DNA from: Octopus sinensis
Taxonomy: Eukaryota
Assembly (NCBI RefSeq): GCF_006345805.1
Contig: NW_021831863.1
Coordinates: 167-64,166 of the forward strand
Length of the DNA stretch: 64,000 nucleotides
Reading direction: 5' to 3'
Below are positions 22,609 through 35,399 of this stretch, piece by piece. Each line of letters starts with the position of its first letter. Position 1 is the stretch's first letter. The translations under genes were made by a program, and so were the position numbers. The notes beneath the pieces are model-generated. The model did not search any database. It saw only the letters and a list, made by a program, of their open reading frames with translations, and had not been told where the DNA came from.

Positions 22609-23863
22609 TGCTTACCAACCGGGACTGCCAATCGCTCACAGTTCTTTGTTTTATAACAATAAGTCAGTCCACCTTTTAATCACTTCGCGGGTGATTGGAA
22701 TCCTTCTACCACAGTTTATTAATCATGTGTCTTTCAAATGCGATAAAAGTAACAATTTGAAATTTACAAGCCAACAATGGGGAGCAAGCAGTCACGTAGT
22801 TAACGATTTTACTTAACAATCACTTTGGTCTCGGTTCGATTCTTGTTTGTGTCAAACTGAACACGTATGTGATTTATAATATCTCCTGGTCAGGCAAAGG
22901 ATTACCAGTGAAATCTAACAGACAGAACCTGAGACAAAACTCGTCGTATAAACTGTACAAGTCCTCGGGCTGTTGTTTTTAATTTTCATTCGGTTTAACA
23001 CAACCACCTGGTTACTGGGTTCCTTTAAGGAAGTTCACAATAAATATACGCATCAGGCCTTCGGTCAGAACTCCCCCTCTCTCTTTCTCTATCTATCTAT
23101 CTATCTATCTTTTCATCTCTCACTCTCATCAGTCATAATACTATGTACTAATACCGATAATACAAAGAAATGGGACGGTCACGGCCGACACCGTTTTGAT
23201 CTGTTACAGCTAGCCTAGAGGCTAAACAATACTAAAAGTAACAGCTTGATATTTACGAGAAATACTTCTTTAATTGTCATATAAGAATCTAGATTACCCA
23301 AAGGAATACGACGATGCGATTGTTATTACGGACTCGGAAGATAGAGCATCAATCCAAACAACGTTGTCAGAAATTCAACAAAGCTTCATAAATAATTATT
23401 AGTCTGCCTTAGTTATAAATATCTAAATAGATTGAGTGATGGAAATAGATAATAAGAGATCTTGAATTAAAAAAATAGACATCACACAGAAATAAAGTTT
23501 ATACTGTTGATGGTACAGTAGAACCTGGGGCTAGAAATTTATAAATCGAAAAGACGATGAAATCTTGGTTCACGGAATTATAATATAGTCAGTGACATTA
23601 CGGATTTAGGACTTGGAGTTAATATTTATTATTCCCTAGAATAATAAACATTAACTTCAAAGTTCACATAATACTTGTAGTATAGTGTAAGAAAAAAAAC
23701 GCAATTTATTACTAATGAGCACTTTATTAACTTAGAAATTGTTTATAACACTTCAAAGAATGTCAGCGATAGTGAAATCACCTATCTGTAGCTTACATAT
23801 ATTTATGCATAACTCGAAAAGTCATGCTCGGCCAGTCTTTCGGCCGAATCTCTTCTGTCATAG

Positions 23864-24391
23864 ACACCAAGCAGCGAAGTACTGCCTGTTATTTCAGCCA
23901 AGAGAAAATGGCAGGCGATCTTTACAATGGTGTCGGCTTCTAGCCAGACGCGTTCCATACGCGACAGCAAATTTTTCCACACAATTCCACAAGTCAGCAG
24001 CAATGGTCGATCTCTGCAAAAGTACATGTACGGTGAAGCTGCCAAGGGACGCTTTCTGTTTAGAAAACTAGTTAAGTCCATGCTACCATACTTAAGTTAG
24101 TGAACCAAGAGGTTTTAATCATTTAATACTACAGCAGAAGCGAAGAGTAGTAAAACCATTTGGTTAATGACAAACGCTACTCCAGCATTTAAACTGAATA
24201 AACTTAATTAAAATATAGAATGGTAGACTGTCTTTCTGCGTATGTATGAATATGCGTATGTGTGCACGTGTTTGAGTGTGTACTTGCATATATGTTAGGG
24301 CACAGTACAGTGAGAACTCTGGACATATCTCACACTTATTAGACCTTTTCAGCTAAGCCAGATCTTACCATTGCTGCCAGGTCTTCATTCT
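23864..24391 (+). CDS. Candidate two-exon coding segment TPSSEVLPVISAKRKWQAIF...KGRFLFRKLVKSMLPYL-T-KPDLTIAARSSF
   Basis: Exons 23864-24095 (tcttctgtcatag| ... |gttagt) and 24353-24391 (ccttttcag| ... |gtgagt); phases are compatible; GC-rich island. Product not recognised. Confidence 0.4.
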
Positions 24392-24571
24392 GTGAGTCAC
24401 AATTTATTTATTTATTTAGTTATTTATTATTTTTCATTCAGATGATGCCCTAAGTGTATCTTTAATTAATTTTTTTCAGGTTGTCACGCCAGCTAATATT
24501 TGTTCACAAAAATTACACACAGACATACACCAGCTCTCATACGCATTCACATACACATATATTTACATATA

Positions 24572-24603
<32 letters not shown>

Positions 24604-24740
24604 CGGGAAAGCCTAAATTTTTCTGTTGAGGGCTTGTATGCCCCTTTATTAAACTATTTTCCTTAGTCATTTGCACGGAGATCGATATAAGCTTTAAGGC
24701 TATTATTATTATTTACAGAATTGTAAAACTTGACACCGAA

Positions 24741-24815
<75 letters not shown>

Positions 24816-24869
24816 GTATATGTATATATATGTATATGTATATATATGTGTGTGTGTGTGTGTATGTAT

Positions 24870-24929
<60 letters not shown>

Positions 24930-25529
24930 TATACACATATAAACACACGAGCACATACACATCAACCCCCATTCTTCACCACATTACTGCATTCTATTTT
25001 TAATTATTTTTAAAACTTTCATTTCAACATCAATATTGCGTCCCTTTGCTTTAAATAAATTAGGAACTGACTTTTTAAATGTTTTGTATTATTTTTCTAT
25101 TTCTTTTTCTTTTGTATTCTTCGCTTATCTCTGTGAATTAAATTTTGTTTCACTACATAAAGTATATGAATACCGACTTATGTATTCGTGTTATATGTAG
25201 AATGAATATATCCTTGAAAATATGCAGACACTCGCATATCTTCATGTGAAAGATATCTGAAGAAGATACGCAGTTATCCTTTGCATATCATCAGCCATGT
25301 ATTTTTAACATCACTGATATATTGCGAGAAATACCACAGCTGAACAGTGATGTGATTATGATTCTTAGGCCAGAGATTGTAGGTTTCCATGGCGTATAAG
25401 CGAGGAAATGGCCAATATCACCAACTGCATAGGACTCCAGTCTGAGGTACGGTTAACCCGAAGTTGTGTTTAGTATTTATTTTAAACTGAGTATATAGGA
25501 GCAACATGAAACGAAATGCTATACTGAAG

Positions 25530-25891
25530 GGTACAGTCTGGTCTAGTGACCGAAAATTACGGCCTTGAGTAAAGGGTAAAGAGCCCCTTCGGTCATGAAT
25601 GTCCTTGGGATTGCACCTAGAAAGTTACTCTCCAAGGCACAGATCTGGGTAAAGTTGCTCATGGAAGACCAGCAATCGCCTATACATACTGATGTTATCC
25701 AAGAGAAAGTAAAAGGCCGATACAGCTTGGCACCATTGACGTCGCAATTCATTTTTACAGCTGAGTGGACTGGAGCAACGTGAAATAAAGTGTTTAGCTC
25801 AAGACACAATATAAAGTGCGGTTTGAAAACCGAACTCACTACCTCATGATTGTGAGCTCGAGACTCTTACCACTAAGCCATGCGCCTTCAC
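25530..25891 (-). mobile_element. tRNA-derived SINE, family D
   Basis: Head gtgaaggcgcatggcttagtggtaag...gagttcgg; related head at 51466 (+). Confidence 0.7.
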
Positions 25892-26517
25892 TTCGATCTT
25901 GAGTACAACGTCATAATCATTAGCACATTCCCTTTCACAGTGCTTACGGTTAATGCTGAATATCAGGTGCGTTTTGTTGCAGTGGTGTAGCTACGGTGCG
26001 TTTCACCCAAGACGTCCTTTGTCTTGCGCCGTCTTTCGGCGCTCCAAACCTTATACCAGCAGGTAGAGCCAGCGTAAAAATGCCGCTTCCATAGAAATGT
26101 CGCCCGAGTTGAACCGATCCGTTTCCTCCCATTCTTAGCTACCCAACTAACTTGGTTTATACACCTTTCTCAAAATGATGGATGACAGCAAAATGGGAAT
26201 ATGGAGCTGCATGATATTGAAACATTCGTTAATTACAGGGCTCTCCTGCTGCTTATAGTTAAACGTTATTGCGAACATGGTAACTGCTGGCAGAAATGAG
26301 TTACAGTGACAGCCTACGAAGCATTGCACTGACAGTAAATGTGTCCAAGATTTTTACTGGTGACGACAGCTTTCTCTCTTACATCATATTTTCACTTTTT
26401 CTTCCCCCAGCTCTCAGCTCTTACCTCTTTCTCTTTTAAATCATTTTCAGCAATCGTTTCTTCCCATCATATATAATATACATACATATATATATATAGA
26501 TATATATATATACATAC

Positions 26518-26592
<75 letters not shown>

Positions 26593-26731
26593 TATGTAGA
26601 TATATATATATATATATATATACATATATATATCTGCATGAAATGTGGTGTGTATGTGTATGTATGTATGTGTCTGTATGTATGTATGTGTGTATGTATG
26701 CACCTATCTCTCTCTCACACACACACATATG

Positions 26732-26767
<36 letters not shown>

Positions 26768-26809
26768 ATACACATATATACATACAGAGATATACACATG
26801 TACCTTACA

Positions 26810-26857
<48 letters not shown>

Positions 26858-27700
26858 TAAGCATAGATATGCGTGTGTGTTTGGAGTGAATGCGTCTGTG
26901 CGCTTGCATGTGTCAATAAGTATCTCCATGTGCGTGCGCGCGTGTGCGTATGTGTGTGTGTGCACACATCTACATATATATTTCTTCAACTGTGTCCAGA
27001 AAGCTTGAAGTAAATAATTTTCTTTTTTCTTCCCCTCCAGTTAGCGATTGGTAAGGCTGTTTTTAATGTGTTTGGTTTATCAGTAGTCGTCGACTTCCTC
27101 CTTGAAATGAATCACACCATGTCAAAAGACTTGATGGAAAGACTTGTTTGGCAATCATATGTCAGAGGAGTAATTATCTTGATTATCTACTTGTAAACAT
27201 CGTGTCATTGCGAGTATACAACACACACATTCATACACTCACATACATGCACACACATGTATACACACACATGCACACACATATATGCGCACATACATGT
27301 ATAATTCAAACAACCACATACACCTACGCCTACACGCACCCATGCTCAAACTCACATTTATGCACACAAATAGAAAAATATGTGTACACGCACATGGACA
27401 TAATACATATTATATAAGCTCCTGCGTGTGTATATGAATGTGTGTGTGTGTGTGTGTATGTGCTGGGATGTAGGTGAGTTGTGTATGGCTGTGTGCATAT
27501 ATGTGTTTATATGCACAATCATATATTTGCTTGTATATGTCTATGCATATACACACACACACATATATATATAAATGTGTGTGTGGGTGAGTGTGTATGT
27601 ATATATGCACATACATATGTATACATGCATATACATACATACAAATACATGTGCACACATTTAAATAGATAGAAGGAAAGGAGACAAAATACAAGAAGTG

Positions 27701-27767
<67 letters not shown>

Positions 27768-28199
27768 GAAAGAAATAGATTGAGAAAGAGAGAGCTAGTA
27801 GGTTCATAGTTAAATGGATATACTAGTAAATCGCTACGCATACACAGCACACACATACACATATATATATATATACATGCATGTATATATATGAATATAT
27901 ATACACGTGCATATGAACTTACACATATACATTGAAGAAAATGGATTAAACAACCGATAGATGAGAGGAACGATGAGGAGAAGAAAGAAAGAAACAAGCA
28001 AAGGGAGAAAAAGAAAAAGAAAGAAAGACAAAAGAAAGAAAGAAAGAAAAGAAAGAAGGAAAAGAAAAAGAAAGAAAGTAAAAAAGAGTGAAAGAAACGT
28101 GTTAAATCTCTGCCTTGTGATTTCTCAATTTAATGAGTATAATTGTGAGTGTTCCATACATCGCAAACTTACAAAATTATTCGAGTAGCATATGCTTAC

Positions 28200-28463
28200 T
28201 CTAATTTCATTGTTCAACCCCTCGCAACAAACACCATCACTACCAATTCTCTCTCGATCCCATAAAAAGAAATATGGTGTATAGATCAGTCGATTTATGA
28301 AACATTTCTACAATGCGTGTTTACGCCGATACAGTCAGCACTTGTGTTGATCCCGAAGTTTTTTACTTCCCGGTTGAAGTTAGTCGCTTTGTTGCAAGAA
28401 TCACTAGTTGTTTCATTTGGTCTCGCCGCAGGGCTTACTTCTCGGAACCATAGTTTATGTTTT
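28200..28463 (-). CDS. Candidate 264-nt exon with one apparent 1-nt frameshift (88 aa if repaired)
   Basis: Acceptor ttttgatacag|, donor aga|gtaagc. KHKLWFREVSPAARPNETTSDSCNKAT...THCR switches frame at the A3 run (28305-28307) to KCFINRLIYTPYFFLWDRERIGSDGVCCEGLNNEIR. Confidence 0.35.
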
Positions 28464-28828
28464 CTGTATCAAAACTATACATATCATCGATAGATTTTGG
28501 CTCATGACAAGCTATTAGATGTATATATGCGCAGTAATATACCCGTGTAAGTGTCTTAAATGTAGGATTAAAGCCATTATTGTATCGTCAACGCATACAT
28601 ACATGCACACAAGTACATTCGCAACACATATAAAGACTCCGACAAACAAATACGCACGTACATACTCACGCGCATATACAATCAGTAATATGAGGCATAA
28701 ATACCCCAGGAGTGCAATTTTAGTCAAATATACTGAGGCAGTGTGTTTGTGGTTAAGTTTATGAATAAATGGCACGTAGGCACTGAGGTTAAAGTGTAAG
28801 GTTTTCTGTGTAAAGCATAGTGGAAAAA

Positions 28829-28871
28829 ATCTGGACTAGTTTCCTTGGTTATAGCTAGCTCATCAGAGTAC
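28829..28871 (-). ncRNA. Degenerate hammerhead motif
   Basis: CTGATGA-gctagctataaccaag-GAAAC-ta-GTC. Core and ACTAGT stem III are intact; stem II is weak and stem I does not pair. Confidence 0.4.
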
Positions 28872-29099
28872 TTATTTCATTTGGTTTTAGCTGATATCGA
28901 AATTCATGTTAATGCACACGTAAAAACAAACACAGTGACACCATTGCGTAGGGACACGCGCGCGCACCTCCCCACCACACACACACGAAAGAAAGAAAGA
29001 AAAAAAGAAAGAAAGAAAGACGTAATCACTGTCCTGGTTCAGAAATATGGATTCAGTCAAACGTTATGGGTTAGTTCCTAAGTTATCACTATTACATTA

Positions 29100-29316
29100 T
29101 ATTGATTTCAAATTTTGGCTCAAAGCTAGCAGGTTTGGGAGAGCGGCTAGCTCGATTGAATCGATCTTAATACTCAACTGATGCCTATTTTATCGACCCC
29201 GAAATGATGAAGGGCAAAGCCGACCTCGGTGGAATTTGAAATCAGAACGTAAAGACGAATGAAATGCTCCGCTAAGAAATTCGCCCGGCGTGCTAACAAT
29301 CTGCCCACTCATCACC
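29100..29316 (-). mobile_element. tRNA-derived SINE, family A
   Basis: ttttatcgaccccgaa...ggcaaagccgacctcggtggaatttgaa...cgcccggcgtgctaac. Confidence 0.75.
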
Positions 29317-29899
29317 TTAACTATTTATATTATATTGAATACATAATTAGTGCTCGTTGTTTTGTCTCTCTTGGCTTAGCTGTGGTTTAAATGAAGTGGT
29401 TATTCTTACTGTTGCCATATGTACTATTGTTGTTGTTGTTGTTGTTGTTTTTGTTGTTGTTGTTGTTTTAACATCCCACGCATTGCCATTGCTCCTCTTT
29501 TATCTGCAGCGTTAAAGATTCTGCTTTTTATTATTGTTACTGTTGTTATTGATTAACAGAGAAGAAAACTGTACTAAAAACCTATAAAAAATATGACCCA
29601 CTGATGTCGAAGACGCGGAGATTACCACCATTACAATGTTTTCGGGGGCTTTGATTTTATTTTCTTATATTTAGAGACAGAACTGGTCTTTAATTACCAC
29701 GACGGCCTTTTATAGCCCTCGGTGGAAGAGGTAAAAATATTGTTAAAACTGAAGATAGTACGCCAGGTAGAATCGTCATTGGGTATTATGCTCGAGGACA
29801 AATTGCTCGCTTGGATGATCTACGCAACGAACTGTGGGTAGATTTTTTTTTCGCCGATGTCTTAAATGCCTACTGCAAATAGCAGTAGAACAGGAAATA

Positions 29900-30190
29900 T
29901 TGTTTCGTATTTTCTAGTCTATCAAGAGTATCATCTATCTATTTTGTATGTGATGGCTCTGGAACCACTGTTAAAGAAATTGGGGATGTTGAAGTGCAGT
30001 GGGTTTGAACTGGGATGTAGGAAGGACATTGGACTGACGGGGAGTTTTAAGTTGTTTGTGGTCCTGGTTAAGAACAGTAGTCAGCCTCACCGATAAAGCT
30101 ATCGTCTGGCTAGATTAGACGGTGTATTCTTCCGCTTCTTTTTGAAGGGACCCATTCCACTGGTCAGGGTCTCCATCTGTTGCTGAAACA
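29900..30190 (+). pseudogene. Old Tx1-type RT remnant (may extend about 29590-30490)
   Basis: LSILYVMALEPLLKKL, and LARLDGVFFRFFLKGPIPLVRVSICC which aligns to element 1 LNKLERLLFRFLWKGGKPLVRRSVCC. Confidence 0.65.
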
Positions 30191-31593
30191 GACGTCACAA
30201 AAGGTTCGGTAAGCGGTGGATTAAGATTTACAAGCATGTACTGAAGCTGCGGTGTTGTGGCCCTTTATAGGACACATTTGCGCAGCCTCTCTCTTTGATG
30301 CTCGGGTAATATACAAGCGCATGCAAGACTGTTTCATCACTACGGGTACCTCAAACAGGCTTGGCTGTTGGTTATTCCATATCAGGAAAATTCATCCCGA
30401 ACCAGCATTGCACACAGTTATGCTAACAAGACAGCTTAAGACATAGAGCCTCGCATCGAAAATGTTGTTAGAAGCTCACAGTTCTCCAAATCGGGCAATG
30501 TTACCGGTGAAACACCACAACACCACAATCACCCCCAAGCACAACAACTATTACTGATAATGATGATGATGATGATGATAACATAAAATACTGTTACACA
30601 TACATGTATATACATTATGTACACGCTCGTACTTATACTCACAAACACATACATTCTTGGTCTACCGTCAACATACGGTTATACACTTACAGATATATAT
30701 CAGCTATCACCGAAGTTTGCGTGTGGGGTGGGACAGTGTGAGTGTGTATGATACCAAATTAACATATACACACAGATGCTTATATATGCTATATATGTGT
30801 GATTCTGTGTGCATATATATAAATATATAATTTATTTGTGAGTGGGCAACCAATGGTTTCATGTCAAGAAATCTTCACAATTGGTCAGGCGTGCCGCATG
30901 ACATTCTTAATATTCGCTTCCACTTTGGAGGAAAATACGGGAGGTCACACGAGACTGAACAGGATTTGGAAAATATATGGCTCGCGGGAGGTACCTCATA
31001 AGAATATCTTAATTATTATACCCCTTGAATTATACCTGGGAATGTGTGTGTGTGTGTGTGTATGTGTGCGCACATGTGTGTATACGTGCATGTGATTTTC
31101 TGTGATCATATGTTTATATACATATATATATATATATATATATAATATATATATATATATGCATACATACACACATTAATAATTGCTTATACATGCAAGT
31201 ATCTAATGAGGAAAAGCAGGCGGTTAACTCTCTAAACGTATGTCTTTACAGAAAGGTCTCAACCTAACCAAATACAAATAGAAAATATGGAAACTAACAA
31301 AATTGTCGCCATTTCCAGAAGTAATTTATTAATATTTTTATTAAATCTTTCACAGGAAGTTTTTTTTACTAACATTTTCATTACATATGAATTTAATGAA
31401 TTATCAACAAAAAAAAATATAATAATAATATATAATTTTAGTGGAATCAACAAAGAAAAATTGAGAATAGAACGTAAAAAAAGGAAAGAAAACATGAAAA
31501 GAAAATACGAAAAATGTAATTGATAGATAGATAGCTAGATACATACATACATACATACATGCATACATACATACATACATACATACATACATG

Positions 31594-31625
<32 letters not shown>

Positions 31626-32262
31626 CATACATACATACATACATACATACATACATAGAGGAATAGAAAGAAATGCAGCATCCACAGTAAGATAGAGAGA
31701 AATGTTAGAAAGGTTTCGAAGGGGGAAGGCTGCTGATTGGGCAACATTTTTTTTAATGACGCCTTCAATTAAAAGTTCACTAATTAAAATATGCACTGCA
31801 GACACCGATATAACATGTCTGTTATGTTATAATACATATTTTACATGCACACAACACGCACACACACACACACACATATATAACATATATATTTACATAT
31901 TTATTTATACATATATACATGAATACACACATACATACGCACACTAGATCACACTCACTTGCTCACACACACACACACACACACACACACGTGTATATAT
32001 ATGGCCTCCCAGCTAATTTGTAATTAGTTATAGCCATCTTATTGAATAAAAGCCTCGATTAAACAAATTAAGACGTGCATTGCGAAGTTGCCACATAAGC
32101 GCGCACAGATTTAGACACACGCACGCACACGTACACAAACACACACACACACACTCACACAACACACAATACATGCACATAAATATACAAACTCCTACAT
32201 ATATTTATGGAAAATAAAATTTGCATGAATTGAAATCTGTCAGCTTATATGTTAGTGTTAAG

Positions 32263-32470
32263 ATGGCCAGCTGGCAGAAACATTAGCACACATACCGGCA
32301 TTTCATCTGTCTTTACGTTTTGAGCTTAAATTCCGTCGACCTCGTCTTTGCCTTTTATCATCCTTTTAGGTTAGATAAACCAGGTACCAATTGAACACTG
32401 TGATCGATATTATCAACTAGAACTTTCTCTCAAAAGTTCAGGCTTTGTGCTTAAAGTAGAAAGAAAGAAT
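32263..32470 (+). mobile_element. tRNA-derived SINE, family A, degenerate
   Basis: cagctggcagaaacattagc...gtctttgccttttatc. Confidence 0.65.
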
Positions 32471-32504
32471 ATTAAGAAGCTTACTTTCCAAACACATTAT
32501 TTCA

Positions 32505-32651
32505 GGTTCAGTCCCACTGCGTGGCACTTTGGGCAAGTGTCTTCTACCTCGGGCTGACCAAAATCTTGTGAGTGGATTTGGTAGACAGAAACTGAAAGAA
32601 AACCATTGAATATATATATATGGGTGTGTGTGCGTATGTGTGTGTGTGTGT

Positions 32652-32687
<36 letters not shown>

Positions 32688-32840
32688 GTGTGTGTATGAG
32701 TTTGTGTCCCCCATCATCACTTGACAACCAATGCTGGTGTGTTTACGTCCCCGTGAATTAGCGGTTCGGGAAAGGGTTGGATAGAGTAAGTAATAGACTT
32801 ACAAAGAATAGGTCCTGGGATCGATTTTTTCGACTGAAAC
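32505..32840 (+). mobile_element. tRNA-derived SINE, family B, with an internal (TG)n and 3' tail
   Basis: ggttcagtcccactgcgtggcactttgggcaagtgtcttct...ggtagacagaaactgaaagaa. Confidence 0.75.
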
Positions 32841-33023
32841 ATGTAAAAAAATGAAAGAAAGAACATACAGATTAACAAACGTTAGCCGTTTACGGACACG
32901 TTCTTGTGATTTCAACTTAATAAAAGATACATTAACTACACGAATAAACGTAAGCACTATCTCTCTCACTTTCTCTCTCACTCTCTCTCTCACTCTCTCT
33001 CTCTTTCTCTCTCTCTTACTCTC

Positions 33024-33083
<60 letters not shown>

Positions 33084-33084
33084 G

Positions 33085-33115
<31 letters not shown>

Positions 33116-33202
33116 TATTAGAGACAAAACCACTATTTTGCAAAAACAACAAGGAAAGACTTAATCAATACATAAAATTTTAATAAATAGTCAAAAAAAC
33201 CG

Positions 33203-33244
33203 CCACTACAATTGTTTCTTTCTTGATCGACAATCTTCAGGTGG
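33203..33244 (-). ncRNA. Minimal type I hammerhead motif (GUA site) in a Penelope-LTR-like terminus
   Basis: ccac-CTGAAGA-t-tgtc(gatcaa)gaaa-GAAAC-aatt-GTA^gtgg. Stem I perfect, stem III palindrome ACAATTGT, one mismatch in stem II. Confidence 0.7.
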
Positions 33245-33689
33245 ACTTCCAATCTAAAATATCAATATTTTAAAATATAAAAATAATAATTTTAAATAAT
33301 TAAAGTATGAATGAAAAAATATAAATATATAATCCATATATAACCTATATATAATCCATATATAATCAATATATAAACAATATATAAACTAAAATAAACC
33401 TATCAACAATTAAATATAAAATATAAAATATAAAATATAAAATATAAAACAAAACAAAAAAATAATAATAATATAATAATAAACTATATATACACCCATA
33501 CACATATACCTAATTATATATAACCATATCTAACTACATACACTAAATCACACCCCTATATATATATCCCTATACATACACATAAAAACGTCTAGGCAAC
33601 TATAAATAAATAAAATAGCTAAATACTTCAACACAATACTTATTCATACTCCCACACACACACACATACAACCCACATTCACGCTCTAG

Positions 33690-35310
33690 AAAACGGACAT
33701 CACTTAAAATTATGAACGGAGAAATGGAATAAATGGAATTAAAAATTATATTCACTTGGTAAAACGAACACTACTTAAAATTATGAATGAAACAATGCAA
33801 TAAAACAACAGACATCGCAAATAGACACAAATACTACGAATTCCTTAACAAACCTACATGATAAAACCAAAACTCATAAAAACATATAATGATAAAATCT
33901 CCCTTTACTAAACTCTATAACATACCTATATAGCAATCCCCCTAACCTAAACATCACACACAAATACACACACGTAAACCACACACCCACGACATATACA
34001 AATAACCCCCACCACTTACACATACCTATACATACATATAAACCTCAACATATACTCCAAAAACCCACTCAACCCCACACAGACAAATAAACACAAAAAT
34101 TATGAATGGATTCTTTTATAAAACTACCATGATAAGCTAAAACTCACAAAACATAAATGATAAAACCTCCCTTTACTAAACACTATAACATACTTATATA
34201 GCAATCCCTTTAACCTATACATTCACACACAAATACACACACGTAAACCACACACCCATAACAAATACAAACACCCACCCCACTCACACACACCCACAAG
34301 TACATATAAGCCTCAACATATACACCAAACAAAATTACTTTACCAAGGAAACTAAACATATGTATAAAAAGTATAACCGCTCTGGAAACGAACATCTTTT
34401 AAAATAATGAATGGAGAAATGGAATAAATGGAATTAAAAATAATATTCACGTGGCAAAACGAACACCACTCAAAAATTATGAATGAAACAATGTAATAAA
34501 ACAACCAACATCGAAAATAGACAAATTACCACGAATTCCCTAAAAAAAACCATGATAAACCAAAACTCTTAAAAACATATAACGATAAAATCTCCCTTTG
34601 CTAAACTCTATAACAATCCCCCTAACCTAAACATTCACACACAAAAAACACACACGTAAACCACAGACCCACGACTTATACACATACCTATACTAACTTA
34701 TAAACCTCAATATACACCAAAAACCCACTCCCTCCCCACACAGACAAATTAACACATACATCCCAAAACCTAAATAACAAACCCATATACACATTCACAC
34801 ACAAACACACACACACGCAAAACACACACACACAACAGATACATATACTCCCTCACATATACGCATATACATACTCACTAAACTCGATATATACAACAAT
34901 ATTTACACACCCACACTCATACAGATAAATAAATTATACAACTAAAAACTCACACACAATCTCATATACATAAACACTCCAATAAAAAACAACATTAAAT
35001 ACATCGTAATAACCAGAATATCAAAAATAACAATATGACATAAGGAGAAATAAAATACATACTTACAAGTCAGTTTCAAATTATGAAGTGAAATTAAATT
35101 CTTAGCCGTTAAAAAAACAAACAAAAAATTACGTTACCATAGAAATATAACTTATGTAAAAAAGAATACGCGCCATGGAAAGTAAACGTCATTTAAAATT
35201 ATGAATGGAGAAATAGAATAAATGGAACTAAAAACTATATCCACGTGGCAAACCAACACTACTTAAAAAAAATTTATTATGAATGGATTCTTTAATAAAA
35301 CTACCATAAT
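33690..35310 (+). repeat. Degenerate, G-poor tandem array with spacing of about 700-800 bp
   Basis: aaaattatgaayggagaaatggaataaatggaa recurs at about 33707, 34402 and 35196; partial copy at 34100-34340. Confidence 0.75.
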
Positions 35311-35399
35311 AAATTATTATATACAATTATGAGCTTTAGCTCATCTTAGCAGCTCTAACAAACAACTTGCAGTAACCCAAATCTATTCTCGATGCCTGC

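Noticed and set aside
23803-24081. Minus-strand ORF KRPLAASPYMYFCRDRPLL, faintly HMG-box-like
   Set aside because: The later HMG helices and the conserved Trp spacing do not follow in frame, and the plus-strand exon model has better splice support.
25200-25446. Several short open frames and a possible 78-nt exon (ARDCRFPW...LQSE)
   Set aside because: The frames conflict and the phase does not chain with the 24353-24391 exon; unresolved without RNA data.
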